Both the position numbers and the translations under genes were made by a program. DNA of 64,000 bases from Lachnospiraceae bacterium (GTDB lineage: Bacteria; Bacillota; Clostridia; Lachnospirales; Lachnospiraceae): assembly GCA_020860645.1 (NCBI GenBank), contig JAJBTX010000068.1, forward strand, positions 2,577 through 66,576. Direction: 5' to 3'. Every line of letters begins with the position of its first letter. Position 1 is the first letter of the stretch. The notes below the pieces were generated by a model, which was not told where the DNA came from, did no database searches, and saw only the letters and a list, made by a program, of their open reading frames with translations. This document shows positions 36,404 to 46,675 of the stretch, one piece after another.

Positions 36404-37321
36404 ATGCTCATTTTACTTGTCGTTCTTTTGTTAATCATTGTGATTGTACTGGCGTCCTGCATCCGGATCGTGCCGCAGGCGACCGCGATGGTCGTGGAGC
36501 GCCTGGGCGCTTACAACGGCACCTGGGGCGTGGGTATCCATATCAAGACCCCGATCATCGACCGCGTGGCACGGAAGGTGACGCTGAAGGAGCAGGTCGT
36601 GGACTTTGCGCCGCAGCCTGTGATTACCAAGGATAACGTTACGATGCGGATCGACACGGTCGTGTTCTTCCAGATCACGGACCCGAAGCTCTTCGCCTAC
36701 GGCGTGGAGAATCCGATCATGGCGATCGAGAATCTGACCGCGACGACGCTGCGTAATATCATCGGCGACCTGGAGCTTGACCAGACGCTGACGTCCCGCG
36801 AGACGATCAATACCAAGATGCGCGCGTCCCTCGATGTGGCGACCGATCCCTGGGGCATCAAAGTGAACCGTGTCGAGCTGAAGAACATCATTCCGCCGGC
36901 AGCGATTCAGGACGCGATGGAGAAGCAGATGAAGGCGGAGCGCGAGCGCCGTGAGGCGATCCTGCGGGCCGAGGGTGAGAAGAAGTCGACGATTCTCGTG
37001 GCCGAGGGTCACAAGGAGTCCGCGATTCTGGATGCGGAGGCCGAGAAGCAGGCCGCGATCCTGAAGGCCGAGGCGCAGAAGGAGAAGATGATCAAGGAGG
37101 CCGAGGGCCAGGCGGAAGCGATCATCAAGGTGCAGCAGGCGAACGCAGACGGCCTTCGTTTCCTGAAGGAGGTCGGCGTCGACGAGTCGGTCATTCAGCT
37201 CAAGAGCCTGGAGGCCTTTGCGAAGGCTGCGGACGGACAGGCGACGAAGATCATCATCCCTTCGGAGATTCAGAAGCTGGCAGGGCTGGCCACCTCCGTC
37301 GTCGAGGTGGCAAAGGAGTAA
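36404..37321 (+). CDS. SPFH/band-7 (stomatin/slipin-like) protein
   Basis: N-terminal TM, SPFH core (IVPQATAMVVERLG, TKDNVTMRIDTVVFFQI) and a C-terminal Ala/Glu coiled coil. Confidence 0.9.
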   Translation: MLILLVVLLLIIVIVLASCIRIVPQATAMVVERLGAYNGTWGVGIHIKTPIIDRVARKVTLKEQVVDFAPQPVITKDNVTMRIDTVVFFQITDPKLFAYGVENPIMAIENLTATTLRNIIGDLELDQTLTSRETINTKMRASLDVATDPWGIKVNRVELKNIIPPAAIQDAMEKQMKAERERREAILRAEGEKKSTILVAEGHKESAILDAEAEKQAAILKAEAQKEKMIKEAEGQAEAIIKVQQANADGLRFLKEVGVDESVIQLKSLEAFAKAADGQATKIIIPSEIQKLAGLATSVVEVAKE

Positions 37322-37398
37322 GCTGCAGATAAGGAATATCCGGGCTGGCGCTCTCTATCTGGCGCCGGCCCGTCTACTGTGAGGAGGAAGAATAAAAG

Positions 37399-38385
37399 AT
37401 GGATTTAAAAGGAAGGAATTTTCTGAAGCTTCTGGACTATACACCGGAGGAGATCACATATCTCCTCGATCTGGCGGCGGAGCTGAAGGAGAAGAAGAAA
37501 AAGGGCGTTCCGGTGGACACGCTGCACGGGAAGAATGTGGCGCTGATCTTTGAGAAGACGAGCACGCGGACCCGCTGCTCCTTTGAGGTGGCGGCGCATG
37601 ATCTCGGGATGGGGACGACCTATCTTGACCCGTCAGGTTCCCAGATCGGAAAGAAGGAGAGTATCGCGGACACCGCGCGCGTGCTCGGCAGAATGTACGA
37701 GGGTATCGAGTACCGCGGCTTCGGGCAGGAGATTGTGGAGGAGCTGGCAAAGTATGCGGGCGTGCCGGTCTGGAACGGTCTGACGAATGAGTTTCACCCG
37801 ACGCAGATCCTCGCGGATATGCTGACGATCCGCGAGCATTTCGGTTCGCTGGACGTCAAGGTCGTCTATATGGGCGATGCCCGCTACAACATGGGCAATT
37901 CCTGGATGGTCGGCTGCGCGAAGATGGGCATGGACTTCACAGCCTGCGCGCCGAAGAAATACTGGCCGGCGCCGGAGCTGATCGCACAGTGCCAGGAGAT
38001 TGCGAAGGAGACAGGCGCAAAGCTTTCCCTTGAGGAGGACGTTGAGAAGGCGACGAAGGGCGCGGATGTGATTTACACCGACGTCTGGGTGTCGATGGGC
38101 GAGCCGGACGAGGTCTGGGAGGAGCGCATCCGGGAGCTCTTCCCCTATCAGGTGAACGCCGCGGTCATGAAGAACGCAGGGGAGAAGGCGATTTTCCTGC
38201 ACTGTCTTCCGTCCTTCCATGATCTGGGCACGGGAATCGGACGACAGATCAATGAGAAGTTCCACATCGACGCGATGGAAGTGACGGACGAGGTCTTTGA
38301 GTCAGCGCAGTCGCTGGTCTTTGAGGAGGCCGAGAACCGCATGCACACAATCAAGGCGGTCATGGCAGCTACATTGGGCGCGTAA
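37399..38385 (+). CDS. argF: ornithine carbamoyltransferase
   Basis: [13 protein letters not shown] carbamoyl-phosphate motif, HPTQ, and FLHCLP near the C-terminus. Confidence 0.92.
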   Translation: MDLKGRNFLKLLDYTPEEITYLLDLAAELKEKKKKGVPVDTLHGKNVALIFEKTSTRTRCSFEVAAHDLGMGTTYLDPSGSQIGKKESIADTARVLGRMYEGIEYRGFGQEIVEELAKYAGVPVWNGLTNEFHPTQILADMLTIREHFGSLDVKVVYMGDARYNMGNSWMVGCAKMGMDFTACAPKKYWPAPELIAQCQEIAKETGAKLSLEEDVEKATKGADVIYTDVWVSMGEPDEVWEERIRELFPYQVNAAVMKNAGEKAIFLHCLPSFHDLGTGIGRQINEKFHIDAMEVTDEVFESAQSLVFEEAENRMHTIKAVMAATLGA

Positions 38386-38406
38386 TAAGTTCTGCGGGGC
38401 GCGGAT

Positions 38407-38676
38407 ATGAGATGGATTCTGGAAAAATATGAGAGTATCTCCGTCTGGCTGAGCCTGTTCATCCTGGCGATGGCGGCGGTGGCGCTGACGGACGAAGCCT
38501 GGAGAGCCCGGAGTACGGCGCTGGCGTTCCTCGCGGGGACGCTGCTGTTCGGGTTGGGCGCGGCGAAGGGCTGGCAGCTCGATCACCGCCCCCAGGCTTT
38601 CGTGGAGATAGGACTTACAGTCTGCACGGGGGCAGCGTTTGTGCTGGCCCTTCTGCATATGGGAGGATTCCTGTGA
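38407..38676 (+). CDS. small membrane protein, unknown
   Basis: 89-aa ORF with three hydrophobic segments. Overlaps the birA start by 4 nt. Confidence 0.5.
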   Translation: MRWILEKYESISVWLSLFILAMAAVALTDEAWRARSTALAFLAGTLLFGLGAAKGWQLDHRPQAFVEIGLTVCTGAAFVLALLHMGGFL

Positions 38677-39653
38677 AATCAGAACTGCTGAAAGTGCTGC
38701 GCCAGGCGGACGATTATGTCTCCGGACAGCAGCTGTGCAGCCGCTTCGGCGTGTCCCGGACGGCTGTGTGGAAGGCGATCCGTCAGCTGCAGGAGGCGGG
38801 CTATGAGATCGATGCTGTGAACAATCGCGGTTACCGCCTTCTGTCTGCGCCGGATCTCATCACGGCGGAGGAGATGGAAAGCCGCCTTCATACCGCTTTC
38901 ATAGGGCAGAACTGCATCTGCCTTGACAGCGTGGATTCTACCAATAATTATGTCAGAAAGCTCGCGGAGGACGGCGCAGCGGAGGGCACGCTCGTGTTTG
39001 CCGAGGAGCAGACCGGCGGCAAGGGACGCCGCGGCCGCGCTTGGGCGACGCCGAAGGGCAAAAATATCGCGATGTCACTGCTGCTGCGCCCGCAGATCCA
39101 TCCGGCGCACGCCCCGCAGCTCACGCTGCTGATGGCGATGGCAGTCACGGAAGCGATCCGCAGCTGTACCGGGCTCGAGGCCGGGATCAAGTGGCCGAAT
39201 GACGTTGTTGTGAACGGGAGAAAGCTCTGCGGTATTCTGACCGAGATGAATACTGAGGTGGACTATATCAATTATGTGGTCATCGGAACCGGCATCAATG
39301 TAAACCAGCGGGACTTTCCCGAAGAGCTCCGTGAAATCGCGGGTTCGCTTTACCAGAATCTGGGACGGGAGACGAGCCGGGCGGCGATCGCGGCGGCGAG
39401 TATGGACGAGCTGGAACGCCTGTATGGTATTTTTCTGCAGACCGAGGATCTGTCCGCGCTGAAGGATGATTACAATCGCCGCTGCGTGAACCGCGGGCAT
39501 GGGATTCGCGTCATGGAACGAGGAGAGGCCTATACCGGGACGACGGAGGGCATCAACGACCACGGGGAACTCGTCGTCCGCAGGGACAGCGGCGAGGAAG
39601 TACTCGTCTACGCGGGAGAGGTATCGGTGCGCGGGCTTTATGGTTATACCTAG
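38673..39653 (+). CDS. birA: bifunctional biotin--[acetyl-CoA-carboxylase] ligase / biotin operon repressor
   Basis: N-terminal wHTH (SGQQLCSRFGVSRTAVWKAIRQLQEAGYEI), GGKGRRGRAW biotin-binding loop and KWPNDV motif. Confidence 0.92.
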   Translation: MKSELLKVLRQADDYVSGQQLCSRFGVSRTAVWKAIRQLQEAGYEIDAVNNRGYRLLSAPDLITAEEMESRLHTAFIGQNCICLDSVDSTNNYVRKLAEDGAAEGTLVFAEEQTGGKGRRGRAWATPKGKNIAMSLLLRPQIHPAHAPQLTLLMAMAVTEAIRSCTGLEAGIKWPNDVVVNGRKLCGILTEMNTEVDYINYVVIGTGINVNQRDFPEELREIAGSLYQNLGRETSRAAIAAASMDELERLYGIFLQTEDLSALKDDYNRRCVNRGHGIRVMERGEAYTGTTEGINDHGELVVRRDSGEEVLVYAGEVSVRGLYGYT

Positions 39654-39747
39654 GACGATAATTTTGAAATAGTGTAGTTATCTGGAACATGATGGACGGA
39701 ATGATGAACCTGAGGATTGAAGAGCCTGGTGAAGGGAAGGAAAGCAA

Positions 39748-40080
39748 ATGTATCAGGAGCGCGTGACGCTCTGCGCGGCCAGCGCATATGAAAAAAAATA
39801 TTATCTGAATGAAAATTTCAAGGGGCTTCCACAGCAGATCCGCGATGAGCTGCAGATTATGTGCGTGCTCTTCACAGAGGATGTGGGCGGCATCTTAAGG
39901 CTCGTTTTCGACGAGGACGGTACGCTGCTGCTGGAGGTAGAGGCGGACGAGGGCGACCTTCTTTACGACGATATCGGCAGTGAGCTGAAGATCCGGCAGA
40001 TCAAGAAGGAAAAGAGCGAGCTCCTCCGGGATCTCGAGCTCTATTACAAAGTTTTTTTCCTCGGAGAAAATCTGGAATGA
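39748..40080 (+). CDS. conserved hypothetical protein
   Basis: 110-aa acidic ORF overlapping the dusB start by 4 nt. No family recognised with certainty. Confidence 0.55.
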   Translation: MYQERVTLCAASAYEKKYYLNENFKGLPQQIRDELQIMCVLFTEDVGGILRLVFDEDGTLLLEVEADEGDLLYDDIGSELKIRQIKKEKSELLRDLELYYKVFFLGENLE

Positions 40081-41039
40081 AAAGAGAGCTTACGATTGGC
40101 GGCGTGCGGCTGCCGAACAATCTGATCCTTGCACCGATGGCAGGCGTCACGGACCTGCCATTTCGACTGCTCTGCCGGGAGCAGGGCGCGGGTCTTCTCT
40201 GCATGGAGATGGTCAGCGCGAAGGCAATCTATTACCGGAACAAAAATACGGAAGCACTGCTGACGATCGACGAGAAGGAACCGCCGGTCTCGCTGCAGCT
40301 CTTCGGCTCCGATCCCCATATCATGGGCGAAATGGCGAAGCGCATTGAGGAGCGGCCGTTTTCCATCCTGGATATCAATATGGGCTGCCCGGTGCCGAAG
40401 GTGGTGAATAACGGAGAGGGCTCAGCTCTCATGAAAAATCCAAAGCTTGCCGGGGAGATTATTTCCGCGGTTGTGCGCGCGATCGACAAGCCTGTCACGG
40501 TGAAAATCCGCAAGGGCTTCGATGCGGCGCATGAGAACGCGGTCGAGATCGCGCGGATCGCGGAGGATGCCGGGGCGGCGGCGGTGGCCGTGCACGGCAG
40601 GACACGCGAACAGTATTACAGCGGCAGAGCCGACTGGGAGATGATCCGCCGCGTGAAGGAGGCTGTGCATATTCCGGTCATCGGGAACGGAGATGTGGAT
40701 TCGCCGGACGCTGCCCTGAAAATGCTGGATTCAACCGGCTGCGACGGACTGATGATCGGCCGCGGCGCGCGGGGAAATCCGTGGATTTTCCGTCAGATCC
40801 TGCACCGGATGGAGACCGGGGAGGAGGAAGCCCCGCCGTCGATCGAAGAGGTGAAGGAGATGATGCTGCGCCATGCGCGGATGCTTGTGGATTATAAGGG
40901 CGAGTACACCGCCGTCCGGGAGATGCGCAAGCATGCCGCCTGGTATACGGCCGGTTATCCGAATTCCGCGAAGCTGCGCGCGCGCGTCAATGAGGCGCAG
41001 AGCCTGGGAGAGCTGGAGGATTTAATCCGCGGACTTTGA
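40077..41039 (+). CDS. dusB: tRNA-dihydrouridine synthase
   Basis: LAPMAGVTDLPFR, NMGCPVPKV catalytic Cys motif and AVHGRTREQ motifs. Confidence 0.92.
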   Translation: MKRELTIGGVRLPNNLILAPMAGVTDLPFRLLCREQGAGLLCMEMVSAKAIYYRNKNTEALLTIDEKEPPVSLQLFGSDPHIMGEMAKRIEERPFSILDINMGCPVPKVVNNGEGSALMKNPKLAGEIISAVVRAIDKPVTVKIRKGFDAAHENAVEIARIAEDAGAAAVAVHGRTREQYYSGRADWEMIRRVKEAVHIPVIGNGDVDSPDAALKMLDSTGCDGLMIGRGARGNPWIFRQILHRMETGEEEAPPSIEEVKEMMLRHARMLVDYKGEYTAVREMRKHAAWYTAGYPNSAKLRARVNEAQSLGELEDLIRGL

Positions 41040-41107
41040 GCAGCGCATCACGGCATATGCGGTGCGCAGGATCATATATATAGAAGGAAAAAATAAGGCG
41101 GGCGTCT

Positions 41108-41545
41108 ATGAACCTTTTCCAAAGATTATTCTTCCTGTGGAGAAAGCGGACGTCGGAGAGCGAAATCCCGTGTGCTCCGCTCCGAAGTTTTTTCGAATAC
41201 CGTGAGAGGGCGCCGGAGGTGCTGCGATATCTGCGCCGCGCGCGTGGAATCGCGCGGCGGGATCTGGAGCTGATCGTGATCGATAACGAGGAGGAGCCGG
41301 CCTGGCAGGTTAGCCATGTGATCGAGCGGCTGCTCCCGGAGGTGAAGCTTCTGACGATCGTCAGCGAGCGGCAGGAGTATTTTTCGGAGCTGGCGCAGGA
41401 CGCTTTCGAGGAGTATGGGCTTCTCGTCGCTCAGACTGATACACGCGGTGGAAAGCCGGTCGGAAACCTTGTCCTGAACCTTGGAGAATGGGAAAAGCAG
41501 CTTGACATACTGTCAGGCGAAGGGTACAATAATATTTCAAATTAA
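41108..41545 (+). CDS. hypothetical protein
   Basis: 145-aa ORF in housekeeping context; no motif recognised. Confidence 0.45.
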   Translation: MNLFQRLFFLWRKRTSESEIPCAPLRSFFEYRERAPEVLRYLRRARGIARRDLELIVIDNEEEPAWQVSHVIERLLPEVKLLTIVSERQEYFSELAQDAFEEYGLLVAQTDTRGGKPVGNLVLNLGEWEKQLDILSGEGYNNISN

Positions 41546-41569
41546 GAACCAGATGGGAAGGTGCTGCAA

Positions 41570-42052
41570 ATGGCGGAAAAAAAGAACATATTGACATATG
41601 AAGGCCTGAAGAAGCTGGAGGATGAGCTGCAGGATCTGAAGGTTGTACAGCGTAGGGAAATCGCACAGAAGATCAAGGAAGCGAGAGAGCAGGGCGACCT
41701 GTCCGAGAATGCGGAGTACGATGCGGCGAAGGATGAGCAGAGAGACATCGAGGCCCGTATCGAGGAGATTGAGCAGATCCTGAAGAACGCGGAGGTCGTG
41801 CTGGACGAGGAGATCGACTTTGACAAGATCAGCATCGGCTGCGTTGTCCGCGTGCTCGACCTGGAGTACGGCGAGGAGAAGGAGTTCAAGCTTGTCGGCT
41901 CTTCGGAGGCCAGCAGCCTGCAGAAAAAGATTTCCAATGAATCTCCGATCGGGAGAGCGCTGATCGGCGCGGAGGTCGGAGAGGTTGTAGATGTGGAGGC
42001 TCCGATGGGAGTGGTGCAGTACAAGGTGCTCAGTATCCACAGGGCAGGCTAA
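41570..42052 (+). CDS. greA: transcription elongation factor GreA
   Basis: [43 protein letters not shown] at 41570 sits 8 nt after GGGAAGG. Confidence 0.93.
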   Translation: MAEKKNILTYEGLKKLEDELQDLKVVQRREIAQKIKEAREQGDLSENAEYDAAKDEQRDIEARIEEIEQILKNAEVVLDEEIDFDKISIGCVVRVLDLEYGEEKEFKLVGSSEASSLQKKISNESPIGRALIGAEVGEVVDVEAPMGVVQYKVLSIHRAG

Positions 42053-42063
42053 AGGAGCGGAAG

Positions 42064-43548
42064 ATGGCAGAGAAGAATGAACAGCAGCAGGACCTGGGGC
42101 AGTTACTGAAGATACGCCGTGAGAAGCTCGCGGCGCTGCAGGAAGCGGGAAAAGATCCGTTTCAGATCACGAAGTACGACGTGACCGCGCACAGTGCGGA
42201 TATCAAGGATCATTTTGAGGAGATGGAGGGACAGACGGTCCGCGTGGCCGGACGTCTCATGCAGAAGCGCGTCATGGGAAAGGCCTCCTTCTGCAATGTC
42301 CAGGATTTAAAGGGAAATATTCAGTGCTATGTGGCGCGCGACTGTGTCGGAGAGGCTCCCTATAAGGATTTCAAGAAATACGACATCGGCGATATCGTCG
42401 GCGTCGAGGGCGAGGTGTTCCGCACGCAGAAGGGCGAGATTTCCGTTCACGCCTCCGCGGTGACGCTGCTTTCCAAGAGCCTGCAGATCCTTCCTGAGAA
42501 ATACCACGGCCTCACCAATACCGACGTGAGATACCGTCAGCGGTACACCGACCTCATCATGAATGAGGAGGTGAAGGACACCTTCATCAAGCGCTCGAAG
42601 ATCATCAGCGCGATCCGCCGCTACCTGGACAGCCAGGGCTTCATGGAGGTGGAGACGCCGATGCTCGTCGCAAACGCGGGCGGCGCTGCGGCCAGGCCCT
42701 TTGAGACGCATTTCAATGCGCTGGACGAGGACTTCAAGCTGCGTATCTCGCTGGAGCTCTATCTGAAGCGCCTGATCGTGGGAGGTCTGGAGCGCGTCTA
42801 CGAGATCGGCCGCGTGTTCCGCAACGAGGGTCTCGATACAAGGCATAATCCGGAGTTCACACTGATGGAGCTCTATCAGGCCTACACCGATTATCACGGC
42901 ATGATGGACCTGACTGAAAATCTCTACCGCACGGTGGCGCAGGAGGTGCTCGGCACGACGAAGATTGTCTATAATGGCACGGAGATCGACCTGGGTCAGC
43001 CCTTCGTGCGCATCACGATGGTCGACGCCGTAAAGCAGTATGCCGGTGTGGACTGGGATGAGGTGGAGACGCTTGAGCAGGCGCGCGCACTCGCGAAGGA
43101 GCACCACGTCGAGTATGAGGAGCGCCATAAAAAGGGCGATATCCTGAATCTCTTCTTTGAGGAGTTCGTCGAGGAGCACCTGATCCAGCCGACCTTCGTG
43201 ATGGATCACCCGATCGAGATCTCGCCGCTGACCAAGAAGAAGCCGGACAAGCCCGATTATGTGGAGCGCTTTGAGTTCTATCTGAACGGCTGGGAGATGG
43301 CGAACGCCTATTCGGAGCTGAACGATCCGATCGACCAGCGCGCCCGCTTCAAGGATCAGGAGGCACAGCTCGCGCAGGGCAACGAGGAGGCCAATACGAC
43401 CGACGAGGACTTCCTGAATGCCCTCGAGATCGGCATGCCGCCGACCGGCGGGATCGGCTTCGGCATCGACCGGATGTGCATGCTGCTCACGGATTCGGCT
43501 GCCATTCGCGATGTTTTATTGTTCCCGACAATGCGAACGGTAGACTGA
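42064..43548 (+). CDS. lysS: lysine--tRNA ligase (class II)
   Basis: OB anticodon-binding N-terminal domain, RVFRNEG motif 2 region, [14 protein letters not shown] motif 3. Confidence 0.95.
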   Translation: MAEKNEQQQDLGQLLKIRREKLAALQEAGKDPFQITKYDVTAHSADIKDHFEEMEGQTVRVAGRLMQKRVMGKASFCNVQDLKGNIQCYVARDCVGEAPYKDFKKYDIGDIVGVEGEVFRTQKGEISVHASAVTLLSKSLQILPEKYHGLTNTDVRYRQRYTDLIMNEEVKDTFIKRSKIISAIRRYLDSQGFMEVETPMLVANAGGAAARPFETHFNALDEDFKLRISLELYLKRLIVGGLERVYEIGRVFRNEGLDTRHNPEFTLMELYQAYTDYHGMMDLTENLYRTVAQEVLGTTKIVYNGTEIDLGQPFVRITMVDAVKQYAGVDWDEVETLEQARALAKEHHVEYEERHKKGDILNLFFEEFVEEHLIQPTFVMDHPIEISPLTKKKPDKPDYVERFEFYLNGWEMANAYSELNDPIDQRARFKDQEAQLAQGNEEANTTDEDFLNALEIGMPPTGGIGFGIDRMCMLLTDSAAIRDVLLFPTMRTVD

Positions 43549-43689
43549 AAAAGCTTGTAAAATCAACGTTTTTTGCGATCAGGAGTGGTAATCTACTACA
43601 AATTTACTACAAATTTGTGGCGTATAATACATGATAATACTTGATAACATGTTTTATACGAAGTCCGTTTTTCATATTTTGCACTTCAA

Positions 43690-43728
43690 GGACACTTTCC
43701 AGATAAGTAATTTGGATAGTGTCCTTTT
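43690..43728 (+). terminator. hairpin GGACACTTTCCA-11nt-TGGATAGTGTCC followed by TTTTGTT (terminator or parA operator)
   Basis: 12-bp arms with one mismatch, in an AT-rich gap 40 nt upstream of the parA start. Confidence 0.45.
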
Positions 43729-43767
43729 GTTATGGTCAATAAATTATTTGAAGAGGAAGGTGGGATT

Positions 43768-44553
43768 ATGTGTAGAGTAATTTCCGTCGCAAATCAGAAA
43801 GGCGGAGTCGGCAAGACAACATCCTGTGTCAATCTGGGCATCGGTCTGGCGGGTGCCGGGAAACGGGTGCTGCTGATCGAAGCGGATGCGCAGGGGAGTA
43901 TGGCGGCAAGTCTGGGTATCCCGGAGCCGGACGAACTCAATGTGACGCTTGTAAATATCATGGATAAAATAATCAACGATGAGGATATCGGGCCGCGGGA
44001 AGGAATCCTTCATCATGAGGAGGGCGTGGATTTCATCCCGGCTAATATTGAGCTGGCGGGCCTGGAGACGTCCCTTGTGAATGTAATGAGCCGGGAGACC
44101 ATATTAAGGCAGTATATCCAAACTGTCCGCGACCAGTATGATTACATCCTGATCGACTGCATGCCGTCCCTTGGGATGATTACGATCAACGCGCTCGTGG
44201 CGGCGGACTGCGTGCTGATTCCGGTGGAAGCGGCGTATTTGCCGGTCAAGGGACTGCAGCAGCTGATTAAAACGATCGGGAAGGTACACCGGAAACTGAA
44301 TCCGGAGCTTTCCATTATGGGAATCCTGCTTACGAAAGTGGACAGGAGGACCAATTTCGCCAGGGATATTTCGGAACAATTAAGGGAGGTCTACGGAGAC
44401 CACATACATATTTTTAAGAACTGTATTCCTCTGTCGGTGCGTGCAGCAGAAACGACGGCAGAGGGGAAAAGTATTTACCTGCATGATCCGAATGGAATCG
44501 TGGCGGAAGGATACCGCTACCTGACAAGGGAGGTGCTGGGTTATGAGGAGTAA
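43768..44553 (+). CDS. parA: ParA/Soj-family partition ATPase
   Basis: Deviant Walker A NQKGGVGKTT. ATG at 43768 follows GAAGAGGAAGGTGGG (the track start at 43732 lies in an AT-rich leader). Confidence 0.9.
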   Translation: MCRVISVANQKGGVGKTTSCVNLGIGLAGAGKRVLLIEADAQGSMAASLGIPEPDELNVTLVNIMDKIINDEDIGPREGILHHEEGVDFIPANIELAGLETSLVNVMSRETILRQYIQTVRDQYDYILIDCMPSLGMITINALVAADCVLIPVEAAYLPVKGLQQLIKTIGKVHRKLNPELSIMGILLTKVDRRTNFARDISEQLREVYGDHIHIFKNCIPLSVRAAETTAEGKSIYLHDPNGIVAEGYRYLTREVLGYEE

Positions 44554-45421
44554 CAGCGCCCAGAAAGTAAAACTGACTTCTTATGATGACCTGTTTGGGA
44601 AACCGGAAATACCGACCGGAGAAACACTGCTATCCATTCCGCTTTGCGAGCTGCATCCATTTAAAAACCATCCGTTCCGTGTGCTCGATGATGAGAAGAT
44701 GCTGGAGACGGTCGAGAGCGTAAAGGAATACGGGATACTGGTTCCGGGGATCGTGCGGAACCGTCCGGAGGGCGGATATGAAGTAATCTCCGGACACCGG
44801 AGATGGAGGGCGTGTGAACTGGCTGGCTTAGAAGAAATGCCGGCCATTGTCCGTGATCTGGATGATGACGCTGCCACGGTGGTCATGGTAGATGCGAACA
44901 TTCAGAGGGAGGACATCCTTCCGAGTGAAAAAGCCAGGGCATACCGGATGAAATATGAGGCGCTGAAGCATCAGGGCAGCCGGGGTGAAAAGAATACGGC
45001 GGATATGGTTGGGGAGGCTGCGGGAGACAGCGGAAGAACCGTTCACCGGTATATTCGGCTTGCGGAACTGGTGCCGGAGCTTCTGGACTATGTAGATCAG
45101 GGGAGAGTCACGATGCTTGCCGGCGAACGACTGTCTTATCTTGGATGGGAAGAACAGCGGACGGTTGTGGAAGCAATCCAGTGTGGAAGCGCCCTTCCCT
45201 CAAAAGATCAGGCAGAGGAGTTAAAGAATCTCAGCCAGGCAGAGGCGCTGTCAGCGGAACAGATCGCGGGGATTCTTGAGAAAAAGAAGGGCGCGTCCGG
45301 CAGTGTGACGCTTACAGCAAAAAAAATTTCGCAATTCTTTCCGCCGGCCTATACGAAGGAACAAATAGAAAACATAATCTATGGCTTGCTGGAGCAATGG
45401 AAAAAGGAACAGAGGTGGTGA
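44543..45421 (+). CDS. parB: ParB/Spo0J-family partition protein (ParB N-terminal nuclease-like domain)
   Basis: HPFKNHPFRV..LVESVKEYGILVPGIVR..EVISGHRRWRA motifs. Overlaps parA by 11 nt. Confidence 0.88.
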   Translation: MRSNSAQKVKLTSYDDLFGKPEIPTGETLLSIPLCELHPFKNHPFRVLDDEKMLETVESVKEYGILVPGIVRNRPEGGYEVISGHRRWRACELAGLEEMPAIVRDLDDDAATVVMVDANIQREDILPSEKARAYRMKYEALKHQGSRGEKNTADMVGEAAGDSGRTVHRYIRLAELVPELLDYVDQGRVTMLAGERLSYLGWEEQRTVVEAIQCGSALPSKDQAEELKNLSQAEALSAEQIAGILEKKKGASGSVTLTAKKISQFFPPAYTKEQIENIIYGLLEQWKKEQRW

Positions 45422-45427
45422 CAAAAG

Positions 45428-46675
45428 ATGCAGGAGATTCAATTTGACTATTTCCGGGGAATGGAGGCGGAGCAGTACAGCTTTTACCGGATTCCGAAGC
45501 TATTGTTTACTTCAGACTATTTTAAGGGGATCTCCTGCGAAGCGAAGGTCTTATATGGTCTGATGCTGGATCGTATGAGCCTGAGCGTGAAGAACCGCTG
45601 GTTTGACGAGGAGGATCGGGTTTATATTATTTTCACGGTAGAGGACGTGATGGAGCTTCTGAACTACGGGAGGCAGAAAGCGGTTCGGACTCTTGCGGAG
45701 CTGGACGTACAAAAGGGGATCGGCCTCATCGAAAAACGCAGGGTGGGACTGGGACACCCCAACGTGATCTATGTCAAAAATTTCATGGTAAAGCAGACCC
45801 GGGAGGAGGAGAAGGCACCGGAAAATGCCGAAAATCCAAAGAAGTATGAAAATCACACTTCAGGAAGTATGAAATGTGAATCCCCTGAAGTCCGAAAATC
45901 ATACTTCAGGAAGTGTGAAAAACAAAATTCAGGAAGTATGAATTTCGCACCTCCGGAAGTTCCAATATCAAACTGTAATAAGACTGATATAAATAAGACT
46001 GAATTAAACGAGACGGATTCCCTTATCCTATCCAATCTGTCGGATACCTGCAGCAGCCTGGCGGGCGAGGTGCAGGATATGATGGAGAGGATGGATCAGT
46101 ATCGGGCATTAGTGCGGAAGAATATAGACTACGAGTGCCTTCTGGGAGATCCAGGCTGTGAAAAGGAGGCGGTGGATGAGCTGGTGGAACTGATCGTGGA
46201 CGTACTGATGATGCCGGATGATGTCCCTGTGCGGATTGCGCAGACGGAAAAACCGGCAGCGGTCGTAAAGAGCCATTTCCTGAAGCTTACCTGTGAACAC
46301 ATCCGCTATGTGCTCACCTGTCTTGAGGAGAACACGGGAAGGGTGGGCAATATCAAGGCGTATCTCCTGACGGTGCTTTACAATGCGGTGCTGACGATTG
46401 GCAACTATTATCAGGCACGGGTCAATTATGACATGTACGGAGCGATGAAAGAATCGGATGCACCAGGGCAAACTTTGCGATATCGTGACGTAAAGTTGGA
46501 AAATGAGTCGGATTCCACAGAAGCGGAGCCAGGAAACTTTGTGACACCGTGTCATAAAGTTGAAGGGGCCGGGGAGCAGCGTGCTGCGGTGGGAAGGGGC
46601 GAACTTTGTGACATCGTGACACAAAGTTGGGAAGAAAATCGTGTGTTTCAGAAGTGGAGGAAGGAAACTTTGTGA
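45428..46675 (+). CDS. replication initiator protein A (RepA_N family)
   Basis: N-terminal FYRIPKLLFTSDYFKGISCEAKVLYGLMLDRMSLS..EDRVYIIFT pattern of RepA_N. The central low-complexity part and the last ~70 aa are encoded by DNA repeat arrays. Confidence 0.8.
   Translation: MQEIQFDYFRGMEAEQYSFYRIPKLLFTSDYFKGISCEAKVLYGLMLDRMSLSVKNRWFDEEDRVYIIFTVEDVMELLNYGRQKAVRTLAELDVQKGIGLIEKRRVGLGHPNVIYVKNFMVKQTREEEKAPENAENPKKYENHTSGSMKCESPEVRKSYFRKCEKQNSGSMNFAPPEVPISNCNKTDINKTELNETDSLILSNLSDTCSSLAGEVQDMMERMDQYRALVRKNIDYECLLGDPGCEKEAVDELVELIVDVLMMPDDVPVRIAQTEKPAAVVKSHFLKLTCEHIRYVLTCLEENTGRVGNIKAYLLTVLYNAVLTIGNYYQARVNYDMYGAMKESDAPGQTLRYRDVKLENESDSTEAEPGNFVTPCHKVEGAGEQRAAVGRGELCDIVTQSWEENRVFQKWRKETL
45841..46003 (+). 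repeat. cluster of short direct repeats inside rep (candidate internal origin/iterons)
   Basis: TTCAGGAAGTRTGAA at 45859, 45905 and 45928. GAAGTNNNAANATCA-like motif at 45841, 45887 and 45956. ATAAGACTGA at 45979 and 45994. Region is visibly AT-rich. Confidence 0.6.

Noticed and set aside
37322-37398. Hairpin CCGGGCTGGCGC...TGGCGCCGGCCCG after the SPFH gene as an intrinsic terminator.
   Set aside because: The stem is imperfect and no U-tract follows, so it is not reported as a feature.
42053-42063. T-box or lysine riboswitch in front of lysS.
   Set aside because: Only 11 nt separate greA and lysS, so there is no room for a leader RNA; lysS appears co-transcribed with greA.
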